Assembly: GCF_006345805.1 (NCBI RefSeq)
Contig: NC_043004.1
Coordinates: forward strand, 102,734,001 to 102,798,000
DNA length: 64,000 nucleotides
Direction: 5' to 3'
From: Octopus sinensis
Lineage: Eukaryota
A program made the position numbers and the translations under genes. Shown one piece after another: positions 1 through 12,445 of the stretch (position 1 is its first letter; each line of letters starts with the position of its first letter). Under the pieces are notes generated by a model, which saw nothing but the letters and a program-made list of their open reading frames with translations, searched no databases and was not told the origin of the DNA.

Positions 1-96
1 TTCCAATTCCCTTAACTTCTGTTTCAATGATGGAATTTTCCCAGTCTCTCTCTCTCTCTCATATATATACACACACACTATATATATATACACACA

Positions 97-127
<31 letters not shown>

Positions 128-130
<3 letters not shown>

Positions 131-469
131 TTTTTTTCTTTTAACTCGACCCCGGGACTTATTCTTTTGTAAGCCCAGTACTTATTTTATCGGTCTTTTT
201 TGCCGAACCGCTAAGTAATGGGGACATAAACACACCAGCATCGGTTATCAAGCAGTGCTAGGGGGACAAATACAGACACACAAACACACACACACGCATA
301 TATATACGACGGGCATCTTTCAGTTTCCATCTACCAAATCCACTCACAAGGCTTTGGTCGGCCCGAGGCTATAGTAGAAGACACTTGCCCAAGGTGCCAT
401 GCAGTGGGACTGAACCCGGAACCATGTGGTTGGTAAGCAAGCTACTTACCACACAGCCACTCCTGCGCC
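128..469 (-). mobile_element. tRNA-derived SINE, family A (CORE-like), with small 3' deletion
   Basis: Reverse complement gives GGCGCAGGAGTGGCTGTGTGGTAAG (A box), GGTTCAGTCCC (B box), CCTTGGGCAAGTGTCTT core-like motif and an internal (TA)/(TG) tract; near-identical to 51767-52203; flanked by (TA)n. Confidence 0.9.
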
Positions 470-2166
470 TATATATATAATATATATATATATATATTAT
501 ATATATATATATATATAATATATATATAAATCTCTTTTACTCGTTTATATATTGTTTAGCCATCCATAGCTTTTTACATTTACTGTTAAATTGCTTTGCA
601 AATTTTTAAATATCACCCTACATAAACCTAAATTCCATGTTCTTTTGGTGTTCTCTTTGCAAAGACTACCCTTCAAGTACTCACCATTCCCTCCCTTGCC
701 AGTCACTATGGTCTCTGCATTTTCAAATATTACATTTACCCAAACTGAAAATATTTCTCTTACCCTTTAACAAAGCAGTTTTCAATGATCTTTCTTCTCT
801 CTTTAGATATGATACATTCAGGTCTTCATATCACCATATAACATACCACACTCACTCATATTCTTCTTTGTAGACATCTTTTATTCTCCTGACATCACTA
901 CATTTTATTTTTATTTTTTTGCTCCTTAACCATATATGACCATCCTCTCAGAACCTGTCTCTCAGCTTAGGACATTCTCTAAGAGTTCTTTTCATGAGCT
1001 TATCCAGAAACCTTAAATACAATCATCACTAATAATAGTTTATAGTCTTCTTCAAATTTCCGGCTCCAAATTATTTCAGATTCAAAATTTTCACTTGAAT
1101 TTTAATTTCATCCCAGATTTTCATCTTATTTAATAGAAACCCTGCTTACAACTAAGAAATGTATGACATTATGTTTCTAGCCCAGCACTATCATTATTTT
1201 CTACAATTCATTCACTATTTCAGAAACATCTTAAATACTATAATGCACATGCATGCACAAATCCTCACATACATGCAACATAATAGCAAGTGTGTCATGG
1301 CTAACACATCATTATAATTATGTTTGATAATGTTTCTTACTCCCCACTCAAACAAATTCTAGAAATATTATTCTTGGTTTAAGATATTATCAATGTGAAC
1401 TAATGAAAAATGTTACAAAAGTTTTGGGTTGGTGCTAAATAAGTTGTATGTACTAATATTGTACACAGCTACTGAAAGAGGATGACAGCGGAAAAAAAGA
1501 AAGAAGGAAAATCACAGCATTATTCTTACACAAGATATAGCAGCAGAGAAGAGACAGAATTAAATACTAGCTTCATTTTGGACTTTTGAAACAGTTTTAT
1601 GTAGGGCAGGAACATAAATTCTTCACATTCTTAGCACAATAGTAAATTGAAACGGGATCTGTAAACTAAATAGTTAGCTAGGGTTTGAAAAAGTTATTGA
1701 TAAGAGATTTTTGTCAAAGTGTATGAGGATGGATTTCAAAGATTAATGTTCTCTAGACTTTATTACAGAGATAGTTGTTTATCCAGAAAATATTTCAACT
1801 CCTACAGACAGACGGTATTACAAAGACATATTGTGAGGAAGGATATTTGGGAAGACAGCACATTAAGAAATACCACAACTTGTCTTTTGTCCTGTAATAA
1901 ATCTTACAAATATAAAGACTGGGCCTCAACACATCCAGTACCACAATCTGTAATGTTGACAAGATATCAGTCTTCATACTAAAAATGTCTTTGTAATATC
2001 CACATTTATCAGGCCACAGTTCAGTCATAGTAATAAACATATGTTTACACAACTGTCATCAGTCACATCACACATCTAAACATGGCCCAGCAATGTAATA
2101 AAATATATTAGTCTACAAAACCCAGAAGCAGGTTCCAATTCTGACAAGATGGTGCAAAGATTAAAA

Positions 2167-2396
2167 GGCGGCAAGCTGGCAGAAACATTAGGACGCCGGG
2201 CGAAATGCTTAGCGGTATTTCGTCTGTGTTACGTTGTGAGTTCAAATTCCGCCGAGGTCGACTTTGCCTTTCATCATTTCGGGGTCGATTAAATAAGTAC
2301 CAGTTACGCACTGGGGTCGATGTAATCGACTTAATCCGTTTGTCTGTCCTTGTTTGTCCCCTCTATGTTTAGCCCCTTGTGGGTAATAAAGAAATG
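2167..2396 (+). mobile_element. tRNA-derived SINE, family C (MetaSINE-like central domain)
   Basis: GGCGGCAAGCTGGCAGAA head, GAGTTCAAATTC B box, GCCTTTCATCATTTCGGGGTCGAT...AAGTACCAG central block; reverse-complement match to 44695-44926. Confidence 0.85.
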
Positions 2397-2583
2397 GGGG
2401 TGCAAAGATTGTATTTACTATCATTGTTATACAGGTTGTTTCATTAACAAAAGATTCAAATTATTGTATTTACACTCCTAAAATGTGGGGCCTTGTACCA
2501 ATTTAGAAACCACTGTCTCAAAGTTTAAATCCTAACAATGTTCCCTATAGTTAATTAAAAAAAATAATAATAATAAAAAGAAC

Positions 2584-2779
2584 CAGGAGTGGCTGTGTGG
2601 TAAGTGGCTGTGTGGTAAGTAGCTTGCTTACCAACCACATGGTTCCGGGTTCAGTCTCACTGCGTGGCATCTTGGGCAAGTATCTTCTGCTATAGCCCCG
2701 GGCCGACCAATGCCTTGTGAGTGGATTTGGTAGACGGAAACTGAAAGAAGCCTGTCGTATATATATATATATATATATA

Positions 2780-2820
<41 letters not shown>

Positions 2821-2991
2821 CCCTAGCATTGCTTGACAACCGATGCTGGTGTGTGTTTACGGCAAAAGAGACCGATAGAATAAGTACTGGGCTAGCAAAG
2901 AATAAGTCCCAGGGTTGATTTGCTCGACCATAGGCGCTGCTCCAGCATGGCCGCAGTCAAATGACTGAAACAAGTAAAAGAGTAAAGAGAG
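2584..2991 (+). mobile_element. Family A SINE with duplicated A-box segment
   Basis: AGTGGCTGTGTGGTA occurs twice in tandem, then the full body and (GAGTAAAA)n-type tail. Confidence 0.9.
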
Positions 2992-3408
2992 TTAAATTCT
3001 AACTGCCTCTAGATTTACAGCCTTTTATGTTTGTGTTACAGATCATCATCAGCAGCAGCAGCAGCATCAATAATAGTATCAATGTGCGGTGAAGTTACTT
3101 CTGTGCAGAGTTTGTGATTCAGTGCTAATCCCTAATTATAAAAGCAACTCTACAAATAGTACCAATGAGAAAGATCTGTAATAAATGTGAAACTTCACAC
3201 ACAAGTAAAAATGTCATCGTCTTCTTCGTTGTTACTGATATATGAATACTGCACACAGATTCAGTGTCCGACCTCATTGCTATTTGTTATTTACAAGGGG
3301 TTTCTTTTTTTTCTCTTTTATTGGATCAATTCAACTTTGTAAACAATAAAAATATTCAGTAGACAAAAGAAAAACAAGTCACTGATTGGTAACAATACAA
3401 TGTGTCCT

Positions 3409-3538
3409 TCAGTTTTGTATCGGCAACGAGGGGGAGAAGTGAGAGGAACCGTTAATATCAGTCATCATTGTAGTTATTGTATTCCGGTCAGAGTTATTAC
3501 CGTCTGGTGTAACAATTACTTCCAAGAATATAAAACTA
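3409..3538 (-). CDS. Candidate terminal coding exon of an unidentified minus-strand gene
   Basis: Acceptor TTTCTTTATTTCTCACAG (revcomp of 3539-3556), then open frame SFIFLEVIVTPDGNNSDRNTITTMMTDINGSSHFSPSLPIQN*; unique, CpG-retaining sequence; no recognised homology. Confidence 0.3.
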
Positions 3539-4108
3539 CTGTGAGAAATAAAGAAAGTAGCATCCAGTAAAACAGAGGGACACGAGAACACTGTTTTAAT
3601 AAATTGTAGTTGAATTGCAAGAAATACAAATTTGCACTAAATTCATTCTTGACTTTATCCCTATAATTAAGGACACAAGCACTAAATGTTTCTTGGTTGA
3701 TTCAGTTCTCTTTCCTAGAAAATCTGTGGCCTGGTGCCAATGTAGGAATCATAGTAATACATACATAATGTACTCTTGGAAATTGAATTAGTTGCATTTT
3801 ACCAATTCATATAACCATTAATATTTCACATGAATAGACCAATTCTTGGCACTATAAACTACACTTCAATGTCCAGTTAGTTTGGTACTCCTCACAGAGT
3901 GTAGCTTTTAACTGCCCTGTTGTCCATACAGAGGGTTATCTGGCCATTCCAATAAATCATACAGGCTGCTGGTGCTGAAGCTAAGGCACTGTCAATGACA
4001 TCAATCAATACCATCAACAGGTTTTTCAATATATATAACTGCTAAGGAGAGATGAATAAGAGGGAGTGCTCGAAACATTAAGCACTATTTCTAGACATTC
4101 TTCTAGAC

Positions 4109-4352
4109 CAGTGGTTTTCAAACATTTTTTGCTTATGGACCCCTTTGATTACTATTTTATTCTACTGGGCCTCCATAGCTATTTGATGCATATAAAAAAA
4201 ACATACAGTTGTATCTTTTAATTAAATACTATAACAAACTGTATAAAAAAAAGATTGTCGAAATATTTTTTGTATTGTAGAAGTATAAGCAATTTACTGC
4301 ACACAAATTTTAACAACAAAAATCTTATATGGACCCTGGTTGACAACCACTG
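4109..4352. mobile_element. hAT (Charlie-like) MITE
   Basis: Termini CAGTGGTTTTCAA...TTGACAACCACTG; 8-bp TSD TTCTAGAC/CTCTAGAC. Confidence 0.85.
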
Positions 4353-4499
4353 CTCTAGACACTAGTCTATTGCAGATAACCTGCTTAGATGACTAGATAC
4401 CTATTCTCAACAGCTAGTTAAACTGAAACAGTAAAGAATAGAGTGTTCTGTACAAGAAAAAAAAACCCCAAAAAAACTCTTCAAATTAACCAAAGTGGA

Positions 4500-4690
4500 A
4501 CGCAAAAGGGTGATTGTCAGACTAATTAGAAATAGCAGCTAAATTTCCTTCAAATCCCATCCTACTGTTTTAAATAGGGAAATAGCACACTGGAGATAAC
4601 TATATACTCTTAGAAAGTCAAGATGGTCATAGTTGGGTTTACTCAAAGTTTGACCTGGGGCTAAATGGCAACATGGAACAAGAAACAAAC
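4500..4690 (+). repeat. Dispersed unclassified repeat, family D (representative copy)
   Basis: Motifs TAGAAATAGCAGCTAAAT...GATGGTCAT...TGACCTGGGGCTAAA recur at about 11580-11750, 12675-12780(-), 15930-16460, 17915-18110, 21060-21270(-), 22120-22290(-), 37945-38140, 46210-46365, 56060-56250(-), 59260-59460 and 59485-60090. Confidence 0.7.
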
Positions 4691-6405
4691 TATTAACACT
4701 TATTGTCTTGTTCTTCTAAATGAAAGACATCACTGACAGTTCAATCAACCTTGCTAAAATCCAGGTATTAGTCACAATTTAAGACAGAGTGGTTAAGACT
4801 GAAAGCTGACCGACTATAAAATTATTTTAGCTGTAGGTGTAATAAGTTAAAATATTCACTTCACAACGATATCTATTTTATCTTGCTTGTTTATGTAACA
4901 GAATAATGATATCAAATATCAGTGTGGTTTAAAATATTCAATTATCATATCATTTATCATATTCCATCTTCCAACATGATAGCAATACCATGACTTCGTT
5001 TAATTACATACATTAATTACAATGTACATGCGATCAATTCTCTGACTCAAAAGTTAAGGGCAGACAGCTTACACAAATTTTACCAAAATTTTTTTTATTG
5101 TAATAGTTTTCATTTTATTGTAACCACTTTGAATCGATTTGAACTTAGAACTCTTAGTTCCAGATACTGGAAAGTATCCAACTGAATGCTTTTTACCTTT
5201 GTACAATTCCGAATGTAATGGACATTTCATAATGTGTTATTTTAATGTGCATGCATGTAAGAAGATTCACAAGTTCTACAGGTATCATATATAGTGATTG
5301 TTGTAATTATCTATTAAATATAATTATGTATGGGCCCTAGGGTTGGAAGTGGCTGGAAAGAGTGAATTTGGTCAGTGTCCAGGGAATACTATGAGGTTCT
5401 TCACACACACATGCACAAACACACATACACACACAATGGTAATTAATAATGAACTAAGACAAATATTTCCTGAAACGGCCTAAGAAATGTTTTTTTAAAT
5501 TGAAACCCATAGATGAGGAATAATTTCTTTGGGAGACATAGAATGACAACTTAAACACTAAGGGGGAGTCAAAAATATTCACTAGCAAGATGTATGCGCA
5601 TGTATTTAAAATGTATTCAAAAGATTATGAATATGCATTTAAGTATGAATACGCAAGTAGGTAAACATTTGCTATATGTAAATGTGAATGTTGCCTTCCT
5701 AAGTAAATATGAATGAATATATATTTACATGAATGTACGTGTGTGTATTGAACTATATACCTCAAGTGAAAATAGCAATTAAGCTATAGCTGTGTGGGGC
5801 ATGCATGTGTGTGTGTGTGTGTGTGTGTTGTGTGTGTGTCAGAGACTCAGATAAAAGTCAACTGTTGTTGGAACAAACCAAAGTTATATATAGTGTAATG
5901 GGAGCGAGACTGTCCAGCAATCAATTATATTGAGAACAGAATGAGAAATATCCCAACTAATTGTGATAATAAGAGTGAACTAAACCTAGCTGGTTGGCAA
6001 ACAATCAGAGGATAGCTTATTTCATTACAGTGAGGACAAAAGCTCAAACAAACCCACTTCTCAACTGTGTTGGCTAAGTGTAGCACAAATCTACAATATC
6101 ACAATGATTTTTTTCACTAGATAGTAGACCACTTGCTATGAAATGGGAGATGATATGGTTGACTGACTGATATAATACTGGTGATTATTTTATTAATCTC
6201 AAGAGAGAAAAATCAGTACCAACTCTAGCAGGGTTTGAACTTGAAAATATGCAGCAATGAATTTCATTTTCTAAATTATAAAAAACAAATACACTCCTGT
6301 CTCTTCTACACTCATAAATAATATAATTTTACCACAGCGATTTACTGATTGACTTTTTACCTTTTTAAAATAAAATTTTTCATGCAAAGTGTTGTGTCAA
6401 ACACT

Positions 6406-7089
6406 TTAACCTGTTCACATTTTAACCAGCCATATCAGGCCAAAATATTCTACCTGTTTTACATTCAAACAAACCAAATTGTCCCCTCACACTTAGCCTG
6501 CAATGTCATTCTAAAAAAGAAAAAAAAAATAGATAACCAGTGCCGGTGACAAGTAAGCGTACCATCCGATCGTGGCCGTTGCCAGCGCCGCCCCGATTTG
6601 CCTCCGTGCTGGTGGCACGTAAAAAGCACCATCCGTTCGTGACCGTTGCCAGCCTCGTCTGGCACGTAAAAAGCACCATTCGATCGTGGCCATTGCCAGC
6701 GCTGCCCCGACTGGCCTCTGTGCTGGTGGCACGTAAAAAGCCCCATCCATCCGTGGCCGTTTTGCCAGCCCCGTCTGGCACCTGTGTGGGTGGCACGTAA
6801 AAAGCACCCACTACACTCACGGAGCGGTTGGCGTTAGGAAGGGCATCCAGCCGTAGAAACTCTGCCAGATCAGACTGGGCCTGATGCAGCCTTCTGGCTT
6901 CCAGACCCCAGTTGAACCGTCCAAACCATGCTAGCATGGAAAGCGGATGCTAAATGACGATGATGATGATGACGATGAATCACATCTTTGAAAAATCTCA
7001 AAACTACAGGATGGTGCACGATTAATTCAAAACAAAGTGAATGAATAAGCTTTACATTTGACAGAGTAATCTGAGTGCTAAAGGGTTAA
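6406..7089. mobile_element. TTAA-flanked (piggyBac-like) MITE interrupted by an RTE 3' fragment
   Basis: TTAACC...AAAGGGTTAA termini; outer parts match the uninterrupted copy at 62610-62836 (opposite orientation) and 36171-36724. Confidence 0.75.
6537..6978 (+). mobile_element. RTE LINE 3'-UTR fragment (family B)
   Basis: ~60-bp GGTGGCACGTAAAAAGCACCATCCGA subrepeats, GGTTGGCGTTAGGAAGGGCATCCAG block, (TGA)n tail. Confidence 0.85.
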
Positions 7090-7724
7090 TGGTGAACATG
7101 CACCTCAGTGTAATGAATGAGAAAAAATATCTCAGCAGGCATCAAACTCAAATTAAATACTATTAAAAATTCTATCTAGCATTCACTGTACTGTGCAAAA
7201 TCCACTCATAACTGGTGCAAATTAAACTAATTTCCATAGAAAAAAAAGCTTGCAATAACCTCAAAGATATTATGAATAGATAAATTTTAATTACTTACAA
7301 CTGTGCATAGATATAGAATAGATAAATTTTAATTATTTCCAACTGTGACTTCTTTAAAGTTAAGAGATTTTTTAAAATATAACTGAAGGCAAGAGTTACT
7401 TCCCATATTTCAGTTAGTTGCTATAGTAACTAGTTCAATTTGAAATATAAGCTCTTTTAAAATGGATAATTTTGATTACCAATTAATGTAGACAGCTTAT
7501 TAATAAATGTCTTCACATGAAAAACAACAACAAAAAAAACAGCAATCACAGAAATAACAGTGATAAAATTTCAACAATAAGCACATTTTTCCATAATTTT
7601 CACAAAAAAAGTGAAATTTGTAACAAGTTCAGGAAGAACAAAATGGGGAAAGGCAGTTTGTTCAGATATATTCAATTTTCTTGCTCTTATAAGGAAATTA
7701 ATTTAGTTCAATTTAATGCATGAT

Positions 7725-8143
7725 AGTAATAATAATGATTTCAAATTTTTATCACAAGGGCAACTTGAGGGAGGGGTTTAAATCGATTACATCGACCCCA
7801 GTGCATAGCTGGTACTTATTTAATTGACCCTGAAAGGCAAAGTCTACCTCAGCAGAATTTGAACTCAGAATCTAAAGACGGATGAAATACCGCTAAGCAT
7901 TTTGCCTCGTATGCTAACAATCCTGCCAGCTTGCCACCTTAAACAATGGGCAAAATACCGCTAAGCATTTCGCCTGGCGTGCTAACAATCCTGCCAGCTT
8001 GCCACCTTAAACAATGGGCAAAATACCGCTAAGCATTTCGCCTGGTATGCTAACAATCCTGCCAGCTTGCCACCTTAAACAATGGGCAAAATACCGCTAA
8101 GCATTTCGCCTGGCGTGCTAACGATCCTGCCAGCTCACCGCCT
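7725..8143 (-). mobile_element. Family C SINE with quadruplicated 68-bp head
   Basis: AAATACCGCTAAGCATT starts at 7885, 7953, 8021 and 8089 (period 68); single B box at ~7855-7866. Confidence 0.85.
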
Positions 8144-8506
8144 AAATAAAAATCCTTTCAACAAGATGTATACATATAGAATGGAAATACGGAAGTCATT
8201 TTATTTCATACTGAAATAAAATAACTTCACATAAAGATTTCCAACACATACACTAAATCCCAAATCTGGAAGATTTAAATCAACCTTGGTACTTGACTGG
8301 TAGACTGAGAAAGAGTGAAAGGTAAAAACCAACTTCACTGGGATTTGAACTCAGAATGTACAAGAAGGTAATTTGAATCAACAGAGCATTTCTATTTTGA
8401 CCAGAACAAATAGAACAACATTTACAGATTGAATGAATCAATTGCTATATGCAGCTTTCCAACATAGTTACAAACACTCAAATCATTTACTTTTCCACCT
8501 TAACAA

Positions 8507-8900
8507 ATAATAATAATAATAATAATTGTGTACAGTGCTCAGGTGCACTACAACTCATCTAAAGTCTATATATAATCAGGTGTAGTTTCGGCGGATTTCG
8601 GAAAGCATGAGGGCCTTAAAGGATGCAGTGTCATGGCAGTCAACAACTGACGCAGGTAGTTTATTCCATGCTTCAGCAACTCTGAGCGTGAAAAAATGTT
8701 TCCGAAAGTCATGGGAGCTGTGTTGTTTTCTGACTTTGTAGGCATGCCCACGTGTGTTAGACACATGGAGATCAAAAAGGTGTTGTTGTTGGTGAGGTGG
8801 TTGATAACTTTGTGGGTGTTTACCAAGTCCATCGCCAGATGCCGGAGCTTCAGTGAATCCATGCCCAGGGAAACAAGGCGCTCAGAATATTGGATGTATT
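8507..8900 (-). mobile_element. CR1-clade LINE, 5'-truncated 3' end with frameshift
   Basis: Peptides YSERLVSLGMDSLKLRHLAMDLVNTHKVINHL and NTRGHAYKVRKQHSSHDFRKHFFTLRVAEAWNKLP (TRGH...FF..RV...WN.LP is the CR1 ORF2 C-terminal signature) lie in different frames; (TTA)n tail. Confidence 0.9.
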
Positions 8901-8989
8901 TACATATGTTTTGCAAAACCATTTACTGCATTGATATCAATTTAACTCTTTCACAAAAAGATAATGCTAGAAGTTAAAATAATATCTTG

Positions 8990-9560
8990 TAAGGCTTGAC
9001 TTTGTTTTTCATCATTTTAGAGTTGATAAAATAAATACCAGCTGCGTATTGTGGGTTGATGTAATAGACTTACCCACTCCCTCCAACATTGCTGACCTTG
9101 TGCCAAAGTTTGAAACCAATATTACTATCACAGCAGCGAGCTGGTAGAATCATTACTGTGCTGGGCGAAATGCTTATGTTTTGAGTTCAAATTCAACCAA
9201 GGTCGGCTTTGCTTTTCATCCAACTGTGCACTGGGGTTGATGTAACCAATAAACCGCCTTCCCCCAAAGTTTCTGGCCTTGTGCCAAAATTTGAAGCCAT
9301 CATTATTATCATCATTATTATTATTATAATAATAATAATATTATTATCAAGGTGGTGAGCTGACAGAATCATTAGCACACCAGGTAAAATGCTTAACAAT
9401 ATTTCACCTGAGTTCAATTTCTGCCAAGGTGAACTTTATATTTCATCCTTTTGAGGTCAAAAATAAGTACCAGTTGAACACTGGGGTTGATGTTATTGAC
9501 CAATCCCCACCCATGAAATTGCTGGCCTTGAACCAAAATTTGAAATCATTATTATTATCA
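8990..9560 (+). mobile_element. Cluster of three head-to-tail degenerate family C SINEs
   Basis: Three CTGGGGTTGATGT...GGCCTTGTGCCAAAATTTGAAA-like blocks, each ending in (ATT)n. Confidence 0.75.
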
Positions 9561-10707
9561 TGTAAGTTAATCAAGGAAGTCGTAACTCAACCATGAAGAG
9601 TCAAAGGAATGCTTAAAAGGGAATGAACTCTGCTAAGAGCACCCAAGTACCAGGTGGCGCTCTTTAAAATGGATGTCATAAAACTAATTAAATACAAAAT
9701 TTAATTTAAGTGAACCATTTCAAGTTGATAGCTAGCTACCAGCAACACATGTTACAGCAGGTATATGCAATCATTCTATTTAAAGATCTGTGGTTACAGA
9801 ACAAAACTTATAAAGAAGATCATAAATACAGAGTTAGTGTTAATAATATGTCTAATTATAATTGGGGATGTTGCAAGTTGCACTCAAGTTAAAGAGTTAA
9901 AAAGCAAACAATAACTAAGCTAGTTAAGATTAGACATTTCTATAAGTTTGGATTAATAACGAAACTAAATCAGACACAAAGTAAATAAAAATATTAAGTG
10001 ATGCTTATTGGTGTTACTCAGGACTTGAGTGATGCTAGTAAGGGCTGCAGTCATAAGAATTCGAAAGCATCAAACTAACATGGCTTCACTGACCGGCATT
10101 TATACAGGATGGTCAGCAATAAGCTACATTACAGACTATCATATTGTTTGTAATCTGTCCTATGTCATCACAACAGTCAGTCCTGCGTCATTAGCACAGT
10201 CTATCATGTTATCATCTCTAGCCTGTCCTACGTCATCACCATGGCCCATCCTGAACCATGACCACAGTCTATCCTCAAAAATGCTCCAGTTATTTGTTTC
10301 TCAATTCATAATTTGCAAAGAAAAATTACATTTTTGATAGGGCACCTTCTCTGATACATAACTATTTATTGACATAAACATTTATATTAAATAAAAGGAT
10401 GAGTGTAATGAACAATAGGTACTAACCAATAATAAACTGTAGATAACAAAATATCAAACCAGATAAACTGTATCAACACAAAAAGGTCAACATAACTGTG
10501 GAAATAGTAACTGAAAAATCCACAATGGGTTTGTCTTCATAATCTAAAATAAGGTAGTCTTACAACTGATTATAACATTTGGGACTCTATAATTTTAATT
10601 TAATCTTCAGAGAATGCTTTGAAGTAGATCACTGACATGTTGAGCCAACAAAAGACTTATGATTTCTATTTTAGCCAGTTTCATTTTCCCTACATCATAG
10701 GAAAGGC

Positions 10708-11321
10708 TTAACCCTGTTTGTACGAACCAGCCTGAAACCACCCTTGGTTCTAGGATATGAACTTCATGTTTTAAAGTGATCTTATTCGAAATCTTCCATT
10801 AAATTTCATGTTAAATTATTGTTCAATCATTAGATTAATAATGGCAAAGTTAGTTTACAAGGTTCAAGGGGTAGACCCAGGATGACATGAGACAAAGTGG
10901 TGAGAAAGGATCTTTGGACACTGGGCCTCACAGAGGAAATGGCAAGGGACTGAGAGTTGCAGCAATTTGAGAAGTCATGTCAAGCTAAATAAAACCAGTC
11001 ATCCATAAATGCAGATTTGTCTTTTACAGGTGCCAGTGCCACATAAAATGCACTTATATCAGTGCTGCATAAATGCACCCATGCCTATGGCTAGTAGGAA
11101 GCATCCAGCACACTCTGTAAAGTGGTTGGCATTAGGAAAGGCATCCAGCCACAGAAAGCATGCCACAACAGACAACTGGAGTCTGGCCAGCTCCTATCAA
11201 ACCATCCAATCCATGCCAGCATGGAAAACGGATGTTTAAAGACAACAACGATGAGGATTTTCAAAATTAATCAGAACAAAGGTTGTGTATTTCAGTAGAA
11301 ATATCATAACAAAAGGGTTAA
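10708..11321. mobile_element. Second TTAA-flanked MITE family, interrupted by an RTE 3' end
   Basis: TTAACCCTG...AAAAGGGTTAA termini; right half also seen at 36050-36165 and degenerate at ~28915-29145. Confidence 0.7.
10862..11255 (+). mobile_element. RTE LINE ORF2 C-terminus plus family B 3' UTR (degenerate)
   Basis: Translates as RGRPRMT*DKVVRKDLWTLGLTEEMARD* (RTE C-terminal RGRP...DL...L....A.DR pattern) and runs into the family B tail, which identifies family B as an RTE 3' UTR. Confidence 0.8.
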
Positions 11322-11837
11322 ACATCATAACATCTCGTTTATCCTCTCCAGAAATCAAGAGTCAATCAAGCAGAAAATATAGATTTACTGGCTGATTTAG
11401 TAGAGTTGAATAACATAAGATGATATCACTAAATCACTGATAGGGGTGCAATAATCAGAAGGAGTAGGACTTTTTTTCCCCCCCCCCCCCCCACAAGGTA
11501 AATTATCAAAACAATATTTTAACTAATATAAATGCTTTTTTCACAAATTGAAAATACTTTAAATTGTTCAAGCCAATGATGGGGAATTACGTGGTTGCTT
11601 GACCTACTTCAAATCACACTCGCCATTTCAAAAAGGACACATTATATAAGGTAGTTCTAATCAACCCCAAAAAGACAGATGGTCATGACTAGAATACCCC
11701 TGGCCATCAGTTTGCTCAATTATGATTAATATGGGGCTAAATAACGACTTTAAAGCCTTAAACATAGGAGACAAAGAGACAAGTTCAGTCCAAATAATGG
11801 ACTGAAACAGTAAACATTACTATAGAAATTTACTTCA

Positions 11838-11978
11838 TGTTGGCATTAGGAAGGGCATCCAGCTGTAGAAACACTGCCAGATCAGACTGGAGCCTGGAGC
11901 AGCCCCTGGCTTTCCAGACCCCGGTCGAACCGTCCAACCCGTGCTAGCGCGGAAAACGGACGTTAAACGATGATGATA
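11838..11978 (+). mobile_element. Short family B (RTE 3' end) fragment
   Basis: GTTGGCATTAGGAAGGGCATCCAGCTGTAG...GTTAAACGATGATGAT. Confidence 0.85.
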
Positions 11979-12045
11979 CAGTCTCAAACCAACAAATAGA
12001 AATCATTTCTATTTTACAGGTGGGTAATTGGTATTACGTAAAGAC

Positions 12046-12445
12046 GTGTGGCCTAGTGGTTAGGATATTGCTACCTTGATCGTAAGATTGTGGTTCTGAT
12101 TTCCGGAAAGGGCAGAACATTGTGTCCTTGAGCAAAACACTTCAATTCACCTTGGTCAAGTCCTCTCAGCTGCAAATTAGATGGAAACTGAATGAAGCCC
12201 ATTTTGTGTATGTGTGTATGTATGTGTGTGTGTGCATATATATATATATACACACACATATATATACAGGTGTGTGTGTGCATCCCACCACCTTTTGGTA
12301 ACCAGTGTTGGTGTATTCATGTTCCCCCATAACTTCGGGGTTCAGAGAAAGAGACTAACAGAATAAGTACCAAGTTTTAAAAACAAGTAATGGGGTCAAT
12401 TTGGCAGTGTCCCACACGGTTGTAGTCTAATGAATAGAATACCAA
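12046..12445 (+). mobile_element. Older tRNA-SINE related to family A
   Basis: GTGGCCTAGTGGTTAGG A box, CCTTGAGCAA core, GGAAACTGAA and GAATAAGTACC blocks. Confidence 0.7.

Noticed and set aside
600-1010. Possible very old RTE relic on the minus strand
   Set aside because: Only vague peptide resemblance with many stops; not supportable without a profile search
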